This document shows, in pieces, positions 12,697 to 23,700 of a DNA stretch of 64,000 bases. This DNA comes from Longimicrobiales bacterium. GTDB lineage: Bacteria > Gemmatimonadota > Gemmatimonadetes > Longimicrobiales > Gaopeijiaceae. The notes under the pieces were generated by a model. The model was given only the letters and a program-made list of their open reading frames with translations. It made no database searches and was not told where the DNA came from. The stretch covers positions 256,001-320,000 of the forward strand of contig JAWLHJ010000005.1 in assembly GCA_041690395.1 (NCBI GenBank), given 5' to 3'. How positions within the stretch are numbered: position 1 is the stretch's first letter; every line of letters starts with the position of its first letter. Made by a program: the position numbers and the translations under genes.

Positions 12697-13098
12697 ATGG
12701 TGACCCGAGAGGATCTCGAGAGCTTCCTGATCCGGATGGATATCGACTGGAGGGAAGTCGACGACGGGATGTATCTCGTCCAGGGACGGAACAGCGGACT
12801 GCCCATGGTGGTTCATCATGCGGACAACCTGCTGCTGATCCGCCTGAAGGTGATGGACATGCCCGAGACAGCCCCGGCCGAGGCCGGCTTGTACCGTACG
12901 CTCCTCGAACTCAACGCCACCGACGTCATCCACGGCGCGTACGGCATCGAGGACGGCGAGCTCATCCTGAGCGACACGTTGGAGCTCGAGACCCTCGACA
13001 TGCACGAGCTGCAGGCGTCGATGGAGTCGATCGAGCTCGCGGCCGCGAGTCACATGGAAAAGATCCGGTCCCTGGCCGGCGTGGGGACGGAGGAGTAA
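12697..13098 (+). CDS. CesT/YbjN-like chaperone-fold protein
   Basis: 133-aa acidic protein MVTREDLESFL...LYRTLLELNA..HGAYG; GGAGAG RBS; 3 nt from the pspA start. Confidence 0.7.
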   Translation: MVTREDLESFLIRMDIDWREVDDGMYLVQGRNSGLPMVVHHADNLLLIRLKVMDMPETAPAEAGLYRTLLELNATDVIHGAYGIEDGELILSDTLELETLDMHELQASMESIELAAASHMEKIRSLAGVGTEE

Positions 13099-13101
13099 TC
13101 G

Positions 13102-13956
13102 ATGGGGATCTTCCAGAAGCTTTCGACCGTGATCAAGTCGAACATGAACGATCTGATCTCTCGGGCCGAGAATCCCGAGAAGATGCTGAACCAGATCATC
13201 CTGGACATGCGCGACCAGCTCGCCAAGGCGAAGCGGGAAGTCGCGTCCGCCATCGCCGACGAGCGGAAGCTGAAGTCCCAGCTCGACGCCGAGGTGAAGC
13301 AGGCGCGGGACTGGCAGCACCGTGCGATGCTGGCCGTGAAGGAGGGCCGGGACGACCTGGCGAAGCAGGCGCTCGTTCGGCAGAAGGAGCACACCGACCG
13401 GGCCCACGTCCTGCAGAATACCTGGGAGGCGCAGGCGGCCGAGACCGAGAAGCTCAAGGGCTCGCTGCGGCAGCTGAACGACAAGATCGAGGAGGCGAAG
13501 CGGAAGCGGAACCTGCTCATCGCGAAGCAGAAGCGCGCTCAGGCCCAGCGCCGGATCCACGAGACGATGTCGGGGCTGTCCGACACCTCCGCGTTCGAGG
13601 CCTTCAACCGCATGGCCGACAAGATCGAGGAGGAGGAGCGGCGGAGCGTCGCGCAGGCGGAGGTCACCGAAGCGCTGCAAGGCGATACGCTGGAGACGGA
13701 GTTCCTGCGGCTCGAATCGGGTCCCTCGGGTGCCGACGTTGAGGGTCAGCTTCTCGCGCTCAAGCAGGAGATGGGCCTGATCGCCGCGCCCAAGGACGGC
13801 GGCGAGGGCAAGCGCCTCGGAGCCGGTGACAAGGCGGACGGCCAGGTCAAGGACGCCGAGGTGGACGAGAGCGCGGACGGGGAGGACGCGGCGATTCCGG
13901 AGGCCGAGCTGCTGTCGGAGTTCGATCGGTTGGAGGAGAAGCACTCGGAGTCCTGA
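13102..13956 (+). CDS. pspA: PspA/IM30 (bacterial ESCRT-III-like) family protein
   Basis: MGIFQKL..IKSN.ND.I..AENPEKMLNQ.I.DM, coiled coil, G.DDLAK.AL; acidic C-terminal extension. Confidence 0.93.
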   Translation: MGIFQKLSTVIKSNMNDLISRAENPEKMLNQIILDMRDQLAKAKREVASAIADERKLKSQLDAEVKQARDWQHRAMLAVKEGRDDLAKQALVRQKEHTDRAHVLQNTWEAQAAETEKLKGSLRQLNDKIEEAKRKRNLLIAKQKRAQAQRRIHETMSGLSDTSAFEAFNRMADKIEEEERRSVAQAEVTEALQGDTLETEFLRLESGPSGADVEGQLLALKQEMGLIAAPKDGGEGKRLGAGDKADGQVKDAEVDESADGEDAAIPEAELLSEFDRLEEKHSES

Positions 13957-13972
13957 CGCGCGGGGGTTGTGC

Positions 13973-14064
13973 GGCGGAGCGGCGAGAGCCCGTCTCCAGG
14001 GGGGCGCTGCGCTCCGGATGCTCTGCATCCGAGCCCCCTGGAGACGGGCTCTCGCCGCTCCGCC
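13973..14064. repeat. Perfect 31-bp inverted repeat enclosing a nested hairpin (REP/MITE-like or terminator)
   Basis: 13973-14003 ggcggagcggcgagagcccgtctccaggggg is the exact reverse complement of 14034-14064; inner ggatgc-tct-gcatcc stem. Confidence 0.9.
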
Positions 14065-14200
14065 TCCGTTCCGCACGGGACGGTGGGCCTGGCTGCGGGT
14101 TGGTGGGCATCTGACACGGCGGGGGTTCCGGGGCTTTCGCTCCGGGGCGCGCGTCGCATCTTTGAGCGGGACGGAAAGACCCTCTCACGGATCGGCTCGA

Positions 14201-15076
14201 ATGACCACGGTTTATCTCAACGGCGAGTATCTCCCGAAGTCCGACGCCCACGTCTCGGTCGACGACCGGGGCTTTCTGCTGGGGGACGGGGTTTATGAAG
14301 TGACCCCGTTCTACGAGGGGGTGCCGTTCGGGTTGGACCGGCATCTCCACCGGATGAAGGAAGGGCTGGCGTTCATGCGGATCGCGTTCGATCCGTCGTC
14401 GTTGGACGAGATGCACCGCGAGCTCGTCCGGCGGAACGGGCTGGAGGGCGCGGAGCGTGCGCTCGTCTACGTGCAGGTCACGCGTGGGGCGGCGCCTCGG
14501 ACCCACTACTTCCCGACAGTGGCGGCCGAGCCGACGGTGTATGCCTACGCGGCGCCCTGGAGCCGGCCGGCCGACGACGTGTGGAACCGCGGCTTCCGCG
14601 CGATCACGGTGCCCGACCGGCGCTGGAGTCGGGTGGACATCAAGACCATCGGGCTGCTCCCGAACGTCCTGGCCTACCAGGCCGCGAAGGACGCCGGCGT
14701 GGACGACGCGATCCTCGTTCGTGACGGGGTCGCGCTCGAGGGGGCGCACCAGAACTTCTGGGCGGTCATCGACGGCACCGTCGTCACGCACCCGAAGACC
14801 AATCACATCCTGCCGGGCATCACGCGCGGCGTGGTTCTCGAGCTCGCCGAGGAGGAGGGCGTGCCCGTGCGTGAGCGGGCGATCGCGGTCGAGGAGCTGG
14901 CCGGCGCCGACGAGCTGTTCTTCACGGGCACGACGGGCGAAGTGCGTCCATGCGTCGAGGTCGACGGGCGTCCCGTCGGTGACGGCGCGGTCGGGCCCGT
15001 CACGCGTCGGCTGTCGGACGCGTTCCTGAGACGGATCGAGGCCACCAAGGACGCTGCTCGCGCCCCGGTAAGCTGA
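14201..15076 (+). CDS. dat: Class IV PLP aminotransferase, D-amino-acid transaminase-like
   Basis: VYLNGE, DRGFLLGDGVYEV, Y.QVTRG...R.H.FP, DIKTIGLL.N, ILPGITR, TGT. Confidence 0.85.
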   Translation: MTTVYLNGEYLPKSDAHVSVDDRGFLLGDGVYEVTPFYEGVPFGLDRHLHRMKEGLAFMRIAFDPSSLDEMHRELVRRNGLEGAERALVYVQVTRGAAPRTHYFPTVAAEPTVYAYAAPWSRPADDVWNRGFRAITVPDRRWSRVDIKTIGLLPNVLAYQAAKDAGVDDAILVRDGVALEGAHQNFWAVIDGTVVTHPKTNHILPGITRGVVLELAEEEGVPVRERAIAVEELAGADELFFTGTTGEVRPCVEVDGRPVGDGAVGPVTRRLSDAFLRRIEATKDAARAPVS

Positions 15077-16101
15077 GCGCCACGCGGCTCGGAACGGCCC
15101 TGGCGGCCTTGGTCGCCGCCGTCGCCTGCGGCGTCCCGCCCGGACCACCAGCGGTCGGCGTCGTGGTGGTCCCGAACACCGCGCGGGGCGCCGCGCCGGT
15201 TCATCTGACCTATCTCGGCTCCGGAGGATGGATCTTCGAGCACGGGGGTGAGCAGCTGCTCGCGGCTCCGCTCTTCTCCAACCCGGCTTTCCTCCGCACC
15301 GGCACGCGCCCGATCTCCTCGGACACGGTCGCGGTGGACGAGCAGATGGAACCGTTCGACGTGTCCGCGGCCAGGGCGATTCTCGTGGGCCACGCGCACT
15401 ACGACCACCTGATGGACGTGCCCCGCGTCGCGGAGCGGCACGCCCCGCGAGCGCGCATCGTCGGGAGCCGCACGGTGCGGAACACGCTCGGCACCTGGTC
15501 GGGGGTGATGAGCCGGGTCGACGTCGTGAACGATTCGGCCGGCGACGGCGCCTCGCCGGGCCACTGGATGCGGTACGGTCCCCGCGTTCGCGTCATGCCG
15601 CTCCGCTCCCTGCATGGGCCGCACTTCGACGGGCTCACCCTCTACGTCGGCACGACCGACGAGCCGCGCGCGAGCCCGCCACGCACGGCGACCGACTGGG
15701 TCGACGGGGAGACGTTCGCGTTTCTGGTCGACTTCCTGGGCGACCGCGGTGACGTGGTGTTCCGGATCTACTACCAGGACGCCGTGGCGCCCCGGCCGCA
15801 GGGCTTCGCCCCGGCGAGCGTCCTCGAGGAACACCCGGTCGACGTGGCGATCCTCGTGCCCGCGACGTTCGAGGAGGTCCCGTGGCATCCGGAGGCGATC
15901 GTCGGAAACCTCCAGCCGCGACATGTCCTTCTCGGCCACTGGGAGGACTTCTTCCAGCCCTACGATGCGCCCACGGCCCCGGTTCCGCTCACGGATCTGG
16001 GCGAGTTCGAGCGCCGCTTGGCCAGGGTATACGACGGGCCGGTATGGCGCCCGGACCGATTCACGGAGTTCCGCTTCGTGACGGACGGCGACGGTAGATG
16101 A
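15073..16101 (+). CDS. MBL-fold metallo-hydrolase, probable lipoprotein (start uncertain: CTG 15073 or TTG 15109)
   Basis: GHAHYDH motif, later H and HWEDFF; VAAVAC lipobox-like sequence; overlaps the dat stop and the chrA start. Confidence 0.75.
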   Translation: MSATRLGTALAALVAAVACGVPPGPPAVGVVVVPNTARGAAPVHLTYLGSGGWIFEHGGEQLLAAPLFSNPAFLRTGTRPISSDTVAVDEQMEPFDVSAARAILVGHAHYDHLMDVPRVAERHAPRARIVGSRTVRNTLGTWSGVMSRVDVVNDSAGDGASPGHWMRYGPRVRVMPLRSLHGPHFDGLTLYVGTTDEPRASPPRTATDWVDGETFAFLVDFLGDRGDVVFRIYYQDAVAPRPQGFAPASVLEEHPVDVAILVPATFEEVPWHPEAIVGNLQPRHVLLGHWEDFFQPYDAPTAPVPLTDLGEFERRLARVYDGPVWRPDRFTEFRFVTDGDGR

Positions 16102-17324
16102 CCGATCGCCGGCCCGAGGGTCGCGGCGAGCGCGACGAGCATCGTGAGACCCGCCGGGAGCCGGGCCGACTCGGAGAGCTGGCGCGGCTCTTCCTCAAGC
16201 TCGGCGTGATCGCGTTCGGCGGCCCGGCCGCCCACATCGCCATGCTCGAGGACGAGGTGGTCACCCGCCGGAAGTGGATCGGCCGGCAGCACTTCCTCGA
16301 CCTGATCGGCGCGACGAACCTGATCCCCGGTCCGAACTCGACCGAGATGACGATGCATGTCGGTTACGAGCGGGCAGGTTGGGCGGGGCTGGTTACGGCG
16401 GGTTCCTGCTTCATCGGCCCGGCGGTCGTGATCACGGGCGCGCTCGGGTGGCTGTACGTCCAGTACGGTTCGCTCCCTGCCGTGGAGCCGTTCCTGTACG
16501 GCATCAAGCCCGCCGTCATCGCCGTGATCCTCGGCGCGATCTGGAGGCTCGCCCGTCCGGCCGTGAAGGACTGGCGCTTCGCGGTGCTCGGCGTGGGCGT
16601 GGCCGGCGCGCTGCTTCTCGGTCTCGGCGAGATCCAGGGGCTGCTGCTCGGCGGCGTGCTGGGAATGCTCTGGTTCCGGGCGGGCGGCGGCGAAGACAGC
16701 GGGACGGCGGGACGGTACGTGCCCATCCTCTTCCTGCGGGACGGGGCTTCGGTGGGGGTCCAGGGGGCCGGTGCCGCGGCGATGGGGGCGGCGGCCGCCG
16801 TGTCTCTACCGAAGATCTTCCTCTTCTTCCTCAAGGTCGGATCGGTGCTCTACGGGAGCGGCTACGTCCTGGTCGCCTTCCTCGAGGGTGGGCTGGTCTC
16901 GGACTACGGCTGGCTGACCCAGGCGCAACTCCTCGACGCCATCGCCATCGGTCAGCTCACGCCGGGGCCGGTGCTCTCCACCGCCACGTTCATCGGCTAC
17001 GTGCTGGACGGCGTACCGGGCGCCGCGGCCGCGACGCTCGGCATCTTCCTTCCGTCGTTCTTCTTCGTGCTCCTGCTGAATCCGCTCATTCCGCGGCTCA
17101 GAGAGTCGGCCTGGCTGTCGGCGTTCCTGGACGCGGTGAACGTCTCGGCGCTCGCGCTCATGGTGGCCGTCACCATCCAGCTCTCGGTGGCGGTGCTCGT
17201 CTCCTGGCCGGCCTTGGTGATCGCGCTCGCGGCGGGGGTCCTGGTGGTTCGCTTCCGGACCAACGCGGTTTGGCTGGTGCTGGGCGGGGCGGTGGTGGGA
17301 CGGGTGCTGTGGGCGTGGGCGTGA
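16098..17324 (+). CDS. chrA: Chromate efflux transporter (CHR family, long form)
   Basis: FLKLG.IAFGGPAAHIAM, PGPNSTEM, second repeat G...YGSGYVL, TPGPV.STATFIGY. Confidence 0.93.
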   Translation: MTDRRPEGRGERDEHRETRREPGRLGELARLFLKLGVIAFGGPAAHIAMLEDEVVTRRKWIGRQHFLDLIGATNLIPGPNSTEMTMHVGYERAGWAGLVTAGSCFIGPAVVITGALGWLYVQYGSLPAVEPFLYGIKPAVIAVILGAIWRLARPAVKDWRFAVLGVGVAGALLLGLGEIQGLLLGGVLGMLWFRAGGGEDSGTAGRYVPILFLRDGASVGVQGAGAAAMGAAAAVSLPKIFLFFLKVGSVLYGSGYVLVAFLEGGLVSDYGWLTQAQLLDAIAIGQLTPGPVLSTATFIGYVLDGVPGAAAATLGIFLPSFFFVLLLNPLIPRLRESAWLSAFLDAVNVSALALMVAVTIQLSVAVLVSWPALVIALAAGVLVVRFRTNAVWLVLGGAVVGRVLWAWA

Positions 17325-17362
17325 GGGGTATCCGGGACCGGCGGAGCCCGGCCCCGCCGCTC

Positions 17363-18625
17363 TCAGCGGTAGATCAGGTACGGCTCCCGTAGCGATTCGA
17401 ACGCGCGAAGCTGCTCGTCCCATCCTGCGGTGAGCTCGTCGAGCTCCGCTCCCGCTTCGATTCCGAGGCGCAGGGCGTCCGTCCCGGCCAGTCGGTCGAA
17501 GTGCGCGACGTTCCAGGACCAGCGATCTCCGGATGCGCGGTAGGCCTCGATCACCATGGCGGCGCCCACGCGGGGCGCGTCGAAGCCGGCGTCGAGCGGG
17601 ACCACCCGGACCCCGCTCACCTCGACGCCGTCGAACTTCCCGTCGCCGGCGCCGCTCGGCGTGAACGTCGCGGGCTCGAAGCGCACGCCCTCGAAGCCGT
17701 AGGCGTTCAGCGCCTCGGACAGCGCCGCGCCGTCCAGCCAGGGAGCCCCGACCCACTGGAAGGCCCGGTCGGTGCCGCGCCCGACCGACAGAGGCGTGCC
17801 CTCGAACAGGCACGTACCCGGATAGGCCAGCGCGCTCTCGACGGACGGGATGTTGGGCGACGGCGGGACCCAGGGGAGACCCGTGTCGTCGAAGGTCATC
17901 GACCGCGTGAGGCCGGCGACCGGGACGACCCGCAGGTCGACGTCGATTCCGAACTCCCCGACGTACAGCCGGGCGAGCTCGGCCGGCGTCATTCCGTGGC
18001 GCATCGGTACCGGATACAGTCCGACGAACGTGCTGAACGCAGGGTCGAGGACGTTCCCCTGGGCCGCTTCTCCCCCGATGGGGTTCGGCCGGTCGAGGAC
18101 GACGAAGGGGATGCCGCGCCGGCCGGCTTCCTCCATCGCGTACGCCATCGTGTAGACGTAGGTGTAGTAGCGTGCCCCGACGTCCTGGAGGTCGAAGAGG
18201 AGCACGTCGATGCCCTCGAGCATGTCCTCCGTCGGTCGACGCGTTTCGCCGTAGAGCGAGTGGATCGGAAGCCCGGTCCGTGCGTCCGAGCGGCTGGCCA
18301 CGCTCTCCCCGGCCTCGGCCCGGCCCCCGATGCCGTGCTCCGGGGAGTAGAGCGCCACGAGGTCGACGTCCGGGTGTTCGGCGAGCCGATCGATAGACGA
18401 GCGCCCCGTCCGGTCGAGTCCCGTGTGGTTGGTGATCAGCCCGACGCGACGATGCCGTACGAGGTGGAGCGAGTCGTCGAGGAGTACGTCGATGCCCGGG
18501 CGAAGTTGGACCTCGACCGGTACTTCCGGCGCCGGATCACCCGCGCAGGCGACGACCGCCAGGAGAAGCGCGCCCACCAGGCGGCCGGCGAACACGCGTG
18601 ATTGTGACGGTGTATGCGTCGCCAT
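17363..18625 (-). CDS. namZ: Exo-beta-N-acetylmuramidase NamZ (DUF1343/YbbC), lipoprotein
   Basis: VGLITNHTG, SPEHG, SLYG, FDLQDVGARYYTY, DRPNP, RHGMT, PSPN, YPG.CLFEGT..SVGRGT; lipobox VVAC; GGAAGG before ATG 18625. Confidence 0.92.
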   Translation of the reverse strand: MATHTPSQSRVFAGRLVGALLLAVVACAGDPAPEVPVEVQLRPGIDVLLDDSLHLVRHRRVGLITNHTGLDRTGRSSIDRLAEHPDVDLVALYSPEHGIGGRAEAGESVASRSDARTGLPIHSLYGETRRPTEDMLEGIDVLLFDLQDVGARYYTYVYTMAYAMEEAGRRGIPFVVLDRPNPIGGEAAQGNVLDPAFSTFVGLYPVPMRHGMTPAELARLYVGEFGIDVDLRVVPVAGLTRSMTFDDTGLPWVPPSPNIPSVESALAYPGTCLFEGTPLSVGRGTDRAFQWVGAPWLDGAALSEALNAYGFEGVRFEPATFTPSGAGDGKFDGVEVSGVRVVPLDAGFDAPRVGAAMVIEAYRASGDRWSWNVAHFDRLAGTDALRLGIEAGAELDELTAGWDEQLRAFESLREPYLIYR

Positions 18626-18752
18626 ACCTTCCGAGCGTCCGCCGGTCCCGGCGGTCTTTTTCTCATGGGTCCGTGTGGCCATGGGGCAAGGATCGTTCGC
18701 CCGACGGGCACCGTCAACGCGTTTCTCCGCCGTTCGCCCCAGCAGGTCGCTG

Positions 18753-20789
18753 ATGCCGCATCTCCACCAGTCCGCCCGTGGGCCCTCGACGAGGCCCGTG
18801 TGGCTCCTGCTCGCCCTTCTCGCTCTACCGGCCTGCGGCGTCCTGCCGTTCGTCGGAGGAGGCTCGGTCGAGCCCGCCGGTGACGAGGCCAAGGCGGTCC
18901 TCGCGGAGGAGGCCCCGGAGGAAGAAGGGGCGGCGGGCGTTCCCTCCGAGGAAGAGGTCGAGGCGCTGCTCGATGAGCTCAGCGCAGAGGCCCGCCGCCT
19001 GGCCGAGGCGGACGAGACTGACGCCGAAGACGCCGAGGAGCCGCTCGCGGAGGCCGTGCCCGAGGAGCCTACCGCGCAGGAGCGTGCGGCGGCCTGGGCG
19101 GACGACGCACTCGCCGGGTTGACGCTCCGCGAGAAGGTCGGGCAGCTCATGATGCCGTGGGTGCTCGGTGACTACGCCCCGGACGGCTCGCCGAGCCACG
19201 AGCGTATCGTGCGCATGATCGAGGATGACGGGGTGGGCGGCGTGATCATGTCGGTGGGCACGCCGACCGAGGTCGCGGCCAAGCTGAACGACCTCCAGGA
19301 GCATGCGCGCCTACCGCTCCTCGTGGCGGCGGATCTCGAGACCGGCGCGGGATTCCGCCTGCGGGGCGCGGTCCATACGCCGGGGACGATCGATCTCGGC
19401 GGCGCGACGGACTTTCCGTCTCTCATGGCGGTCGGCGCCACCGGAAGCCCCAGACTCGCGTACCAGATGGGACGGGTGACCGCGCTCGAGGCGCGCGCCG
19501 TCGGGATCCACGTGCCGTTCGCGCCCGTGCTCGACGTGAACAACAACCCCGACAACCCGATCATCAACGTGCGTGCGTTCGGCGAGGACCCTGCCGAGGT
19601 CTCGCGCATGGGCGCGGCGTTCGTGTCGGGGGTCCAGGACCACGGCGCCATCGCCACGGGCAAGCACTTCCCCGGGCACGGCGACACGGACGTGGATTCG
19701 CACATCGCCCTTCCGGTCATTCGCCACGACCGCGCACGCATGGACTCGGTCGAGCTCCGCCCGTTCCAGGCCGCGATCGACGCGGGAATGGGGGCGGTCA
19801 TGACCGCGCACATCTCTGTCCCGACGCTCAACGGAGGGGGGACCGAGCCGGCCACGCTGTCGCCCTACGTGCTCGGCACGCTTCTGCGGGACGAGATGGG
19901 CTTCGGAGGGCTGGTGTTCACGGATGCCATGGACATGAGCGCCATCGCGCGGGGCCGCACCGCCGCCGAGGCCGCGGTACGCGCCGTCGAGGCGGGCGCC
20001 GACGTGATCCTGATGCCCGCGTCCGTACCTGCCGCGATCGACGGGATCGTGGCCGCGGTGGAGAGCGGCCGGATCGCCGAGGACCGCATCGATCACTCCG
20101 TCCGGCGGCTTCTACGCACGAAGGCCTCGCTCGGTCTCGACACCCTCCGAGCCGTCCCGGTGGAAGGGCTGAAGCGTGTCGTCGGTGTGCCCGAGCACAC
20201 GCAGCTCGCGGAGCACATCGCGGAGCGCTCGATCACGGTGCTCAGCAACGAGCGTGACATCCTGCCGCTCCGAGGGACGCGGACCGCGAGGGTGCTGTCG
20301 GTCACCTACCGCCGCTCGAACGACATCCTGGCCGGGCGCACCTTCAACGCGCAGCTCCGTTCGGTCTATCCCCGACTCTCGACCGTGGACCTGGACCGCG
20401 ACGCGGGGCCGGACCGCTACGAGGATCTCTGGCGCCGCGTGAGCAGCAACGCGCTCGTCGTCGTGAGCACCTATGTGACCGCGGTGTCGTACCAGGGGTC
20501 GGTCGCGATTCCCGACGAGCTCGCCGACTTCATCGGGCGGCTCTCGGACGCAGGTGTCCCCCACGTCGTCGTGTCGTTCGGAAACCCGTACCTGATCCGT
20601 GACTTCCCGAGCGCGCAGGCGTACATGCTCGCGTGGAGCGGGTCCCAGGTGAGCCAGCGGGCGGCAGCGAGGGCGCTCTTCGGCAACTTCGAGATCTCCG
20701 GGCGCGTTCCGACCCGCATTCCCCCTCTGTTCGAGATCGGGGACGGGCTCACCATCGGCGCCCGCGTGCGGAACGCCAGTGACGGCTGA
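18753..20789 (+). CDS. nagZ: GH3 beta-N-acetylglucosaminidase (NagZ-type), lipoprotein
   Basis: APVLDVNNNPDNP.I..R.FG, KHFPGHGDTDVDSH, TDAMDM; lipobox LPAC; C-terminal GH3 domain. Confidence 0.9.
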   Translation: MPHLHQSARGPSTRPVWLLLALLALPACGVLPFVGGGSVEPAGDEAKAVLAEEAPEEEGAAGVPSEEEVEALLDELSAEARRLAEADETDAEDAEEPLAEAVPEEPTAQERAAAWADDALAGLTLREKVGQLMMPWVLGDYAPDGSPSHERIVRMIEDDGVGGVIMSVGTPTEVAAKLNDLQEHARLPLLVAADLETGAGFRLRGAVHTPGTIDLGGATDFPSLMAVGATGSPRLAYQMGRVTALEARAVGIHVPFAPVLDVNNNPDNPIINVRAFGEDPAEVSRMGAAFVSGVQDHGAIATGKHFPGHGDTDVDSHIALPVIRHDRARMDSVELRPFQAAIDAGMGAVMTAHISVPTLNGGGTEPATLSPYVLGTLLRDEMGFGGLVFTDAMDMSAIARGRTAAEAAVRAVEAGADVILMPASVPAAIDGIVAAVESGRIAEDRIDHSVRRLLRTKASLGLDTLRAVPVEGLKRVVGVPEHTQLAEHIAERSITVLSNERDILPLRGTRTARVLSVTYRRSNDILAGRTFNAQLRSVYPRLSTVDLDRDAGPDRYEDLWRRVSSNALVVVSTYVTAVSYQGSVAIPDELADFIGRLSDAGVPHVVVSFGNPYLIRDFPSAQAYMLAWSGSQVSQRAAARALFGNFEISGRVPTRIPPLFEIGDGLTIGARVRNASDG

Positions 20790-23700
20790 GCTTCGCCGGC
20801 TCGGCTCGCTCGTCACGCTTCTGGTCGCCTCCGCCTGCGGAGGGACCGGACCACCCTCCTCCGGATCTCCGTCGCCAGGCCAGGCTGCCGGGGTTCCGTT
20901 CGCACCGCCGCCGCCCCTCCGGCCGGCGGGCGACCTCGACGCCGAGGCATCGGCCTGGGTGGAGCGCACCCTCGAGGGACTCACCCTGGAGCGCCTCGCG
21001 GCTCAGCTCGTCATCGAGTGGATTCCCGGCGGATACGCCGCGCCGTCGAGCCCCGACTTCGAGCCGCTCCGGAGCTGGGTCGGGGATCAGGGGATCGGTG
21101 GCGTGTCGCCCTCGATCGGGACGCCGCACGCCTACGCGGCCAAGCTGAACGCGTTGCAGGAGATCGCTGACGTGCCCCTCCTGGTCGCGTCCGATTTCGA
21201 GAACGGCGGTCCGGGGATGAGGCTTTCCGGCACGTACGCCCTTCCGTCTTTGCTCCCCCAGGGCGGAGGTACGGCCTTTCCGCCCACGATGGCGTTCGGT
21301 GCCGTCGGCGACGAGTCGTTCGCGTTCGAGTACGGGCGCATCACCGCGCGCGAGGCGCGGGCGGCGGGTGTCCACCTGCTGTTCGCTCCCGTCCTGGACG
21401 TCAACTCCAATCCGGACAACCCGGTCATCTCGACGCGCTCCTTCGGCGCCGATCCGCACGCCGTCGCGCGGTTGGGCGCGGCGTTCATCCAGGGGGCGCG
21501 GGAGGGGGGCGCGCTCACGACCGCCAAGCATTTTCCGGGACACGGCGACACGTCGGTCGACTCGCACCTGGGCCTCCCCGTCATCGCGGCGGACCGCGCG
21601 CGTCTCGACTCGGTCGAGCTGGTGCCGTTCGTTCGGGCCATCGAGGAGGACGTGGACGGCGTCATGACGGCGCACGTCCAGCTACCGGGCATCCTCGGGC
21701 CCGGATCCGAGCCCGCGACCCTGGCCGAGCCGCTCCTCACCGGCCTGCTTCGGGAGGGACTCGGCTTCGACGGCCTCGTGCTCACGGACGCGCTGACCAT
21801 GCGGGCGATCACCGACATGTACGGCATCGAGGAGGCCTCCATCCGTTCGGTCGAGGCCGGCGCCGACATCATCCTCGCACCGCGCGCGGTGCCCGAGGTG
21901 GTCGCGGCGGTCGTCGCGGCGGTCCGTGAGGGGCGGCTGGAGCGGGCGCGCCTGGAGGCGTCGGCGCGCAGGGTCCTGGAGCTCAAGGCCCGCCTGGGGC
22001 TGCACCGGAGCCGCACCGTCTCCCTGGACCGGGTCGACGAGGTCGTCGGAATCGGAGCACATCTGGCGTTCGCGGACTCCGTGGCCACACGGTCGATGAC
22101 ACTCGTGCGCGACGACCTCGGGCTGCTGCCGCTCGAGGCTGGAGGTTCGGGTGCCACCGGAGGTCCCATCGCGACGAATGCCCCGGGCGTCGGGGGAGGC
22201 CCCGGCGCCGGGGGCGGCCCGCTCGCCCCTCTCGTGCACGTGCGGTACGCACCGTCGACCTGGCTCTGGGCGGGCGCGGCGTTCTCGCCGGGTCTCAGGG
22301 AGCGCGCGCCCGGCGTCGTACAGATCGCGCTCGACGAGCGGAGCGACTCGGCCGCCTACGCGGCCGCGGCCGGCGTGCTCACCGACGCGGGGGACGGGGC
22401 GACCGTTCTGGTCACCGCGTACGTTCCGCCCTCGGCCGGGTCCGGGCGGGAGGCTCTGCCCGAGGCGTTCCGGGCGCTCCTCGCCGACCACGCCGATCCG
22501 GCGCGCACGATGCTGGTCTCGCTCGGCAACCCCTACATCGTGTCGGCGCTTCCCGACGTAGGCACGTACCTGGTGGGTTGGGGCGACCGCGAAGTATCCC
22601 AGCGCGCTGCCCTCGCCGCCCTTTTCGGGGAGGAAGCGATCGGCGGGCGACTCCCCATCCCGCTCCCGCCCGCCTACCCGATCGGGCACGGGCTGTACCG
22701 GGACAAGGTGGCGGATCGCGTGGCCGTGCGGGTCGTGGACGACCCCCTGGTCGCCGCCGGGATCGCGGCTGGCGGTCGCACGGGGGCGGCGGGCGTCCTG
22801 ACCCGTGAGGCCGACCCGGCCGCGGTCGGGATGGACCCCGCGGTCCAGACGAGGGTCGACGCCATCGTCCACGCAGCGCTCGCCGATTCGGCGGCGTCAG
22901 GCGCCGCAGTCGCGGTCGGCCGGCACGGCCGCCTGGTGCTGCTGCGCGGATACGGCGAGCTCGCCTGGGGAAGCGGCCGGCCCGTGACGGCCACGTCCAT
23001 CTTCGACCTGGCTTCCGTCTCGAAGGTCGTGGGGACGACCACCGCGGCCATGCTGCTGGTCCAGGAGGGACGGCTGGACCTCGACGAGCGGGTCGTGTCG
23101 TATCTGCCCGACTGGGCAGGCAGCGACCCCCGCAAGGAGACCGTCACCGTCCGCCAGCTGCTCACGCACCGGGCCGGTCTCGTCCCGTTCCGGCGTTGGT
23201 TCTTCGAGCTGGAGGGTGAGGACGCCTATCGTGCCGCGGTCGCCGCCGAGCCGCTCGAAACCGCCCCGGGCGAGGCGACGGTCTACTCGGACCTCGGTCC
23301 GATGACCCTGGCCTGGATCGTCGAGGAGATCACCGGGCAGGAGCTCGACGCCTTCCTCCGGGAACGGGTCTGGAGCCCGCTCGGCATGAACGACACGATG
23401 TATCGCCCGGACGCGGACCTGCTGCCGCGCATCGCCGCGACCGAGATGGACACGGTCTGGCGCGGCGAGCTCGTATGGGGTCGCGTGCACGACGAGAACG
23501 CCGACGCCGCCGGTGGGGTCGCGGGTCACGCCGGGCTCTTCGGCACCGCGCTCGACCTGTCGGTGTTCGCGCGCATGATGCTGAACGGAGGCGTCGCGCC
23601 GGCTTGCTCGCCGGGGGCCGTGGTGGGGGAGCCGTGCCCGGTAGCCCGACCCGCGCCCGTCGCCCTCCTGGACCCGGAGATCGTCGCGACCTTCACGGCA

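Noticed and set aside
6374..13956. T6SS or T3SS locus (Hcp domains, CesT-like chaperone)
   Set aside because: No structural secretion-system genes are present; both are orphan folds in other contexts.
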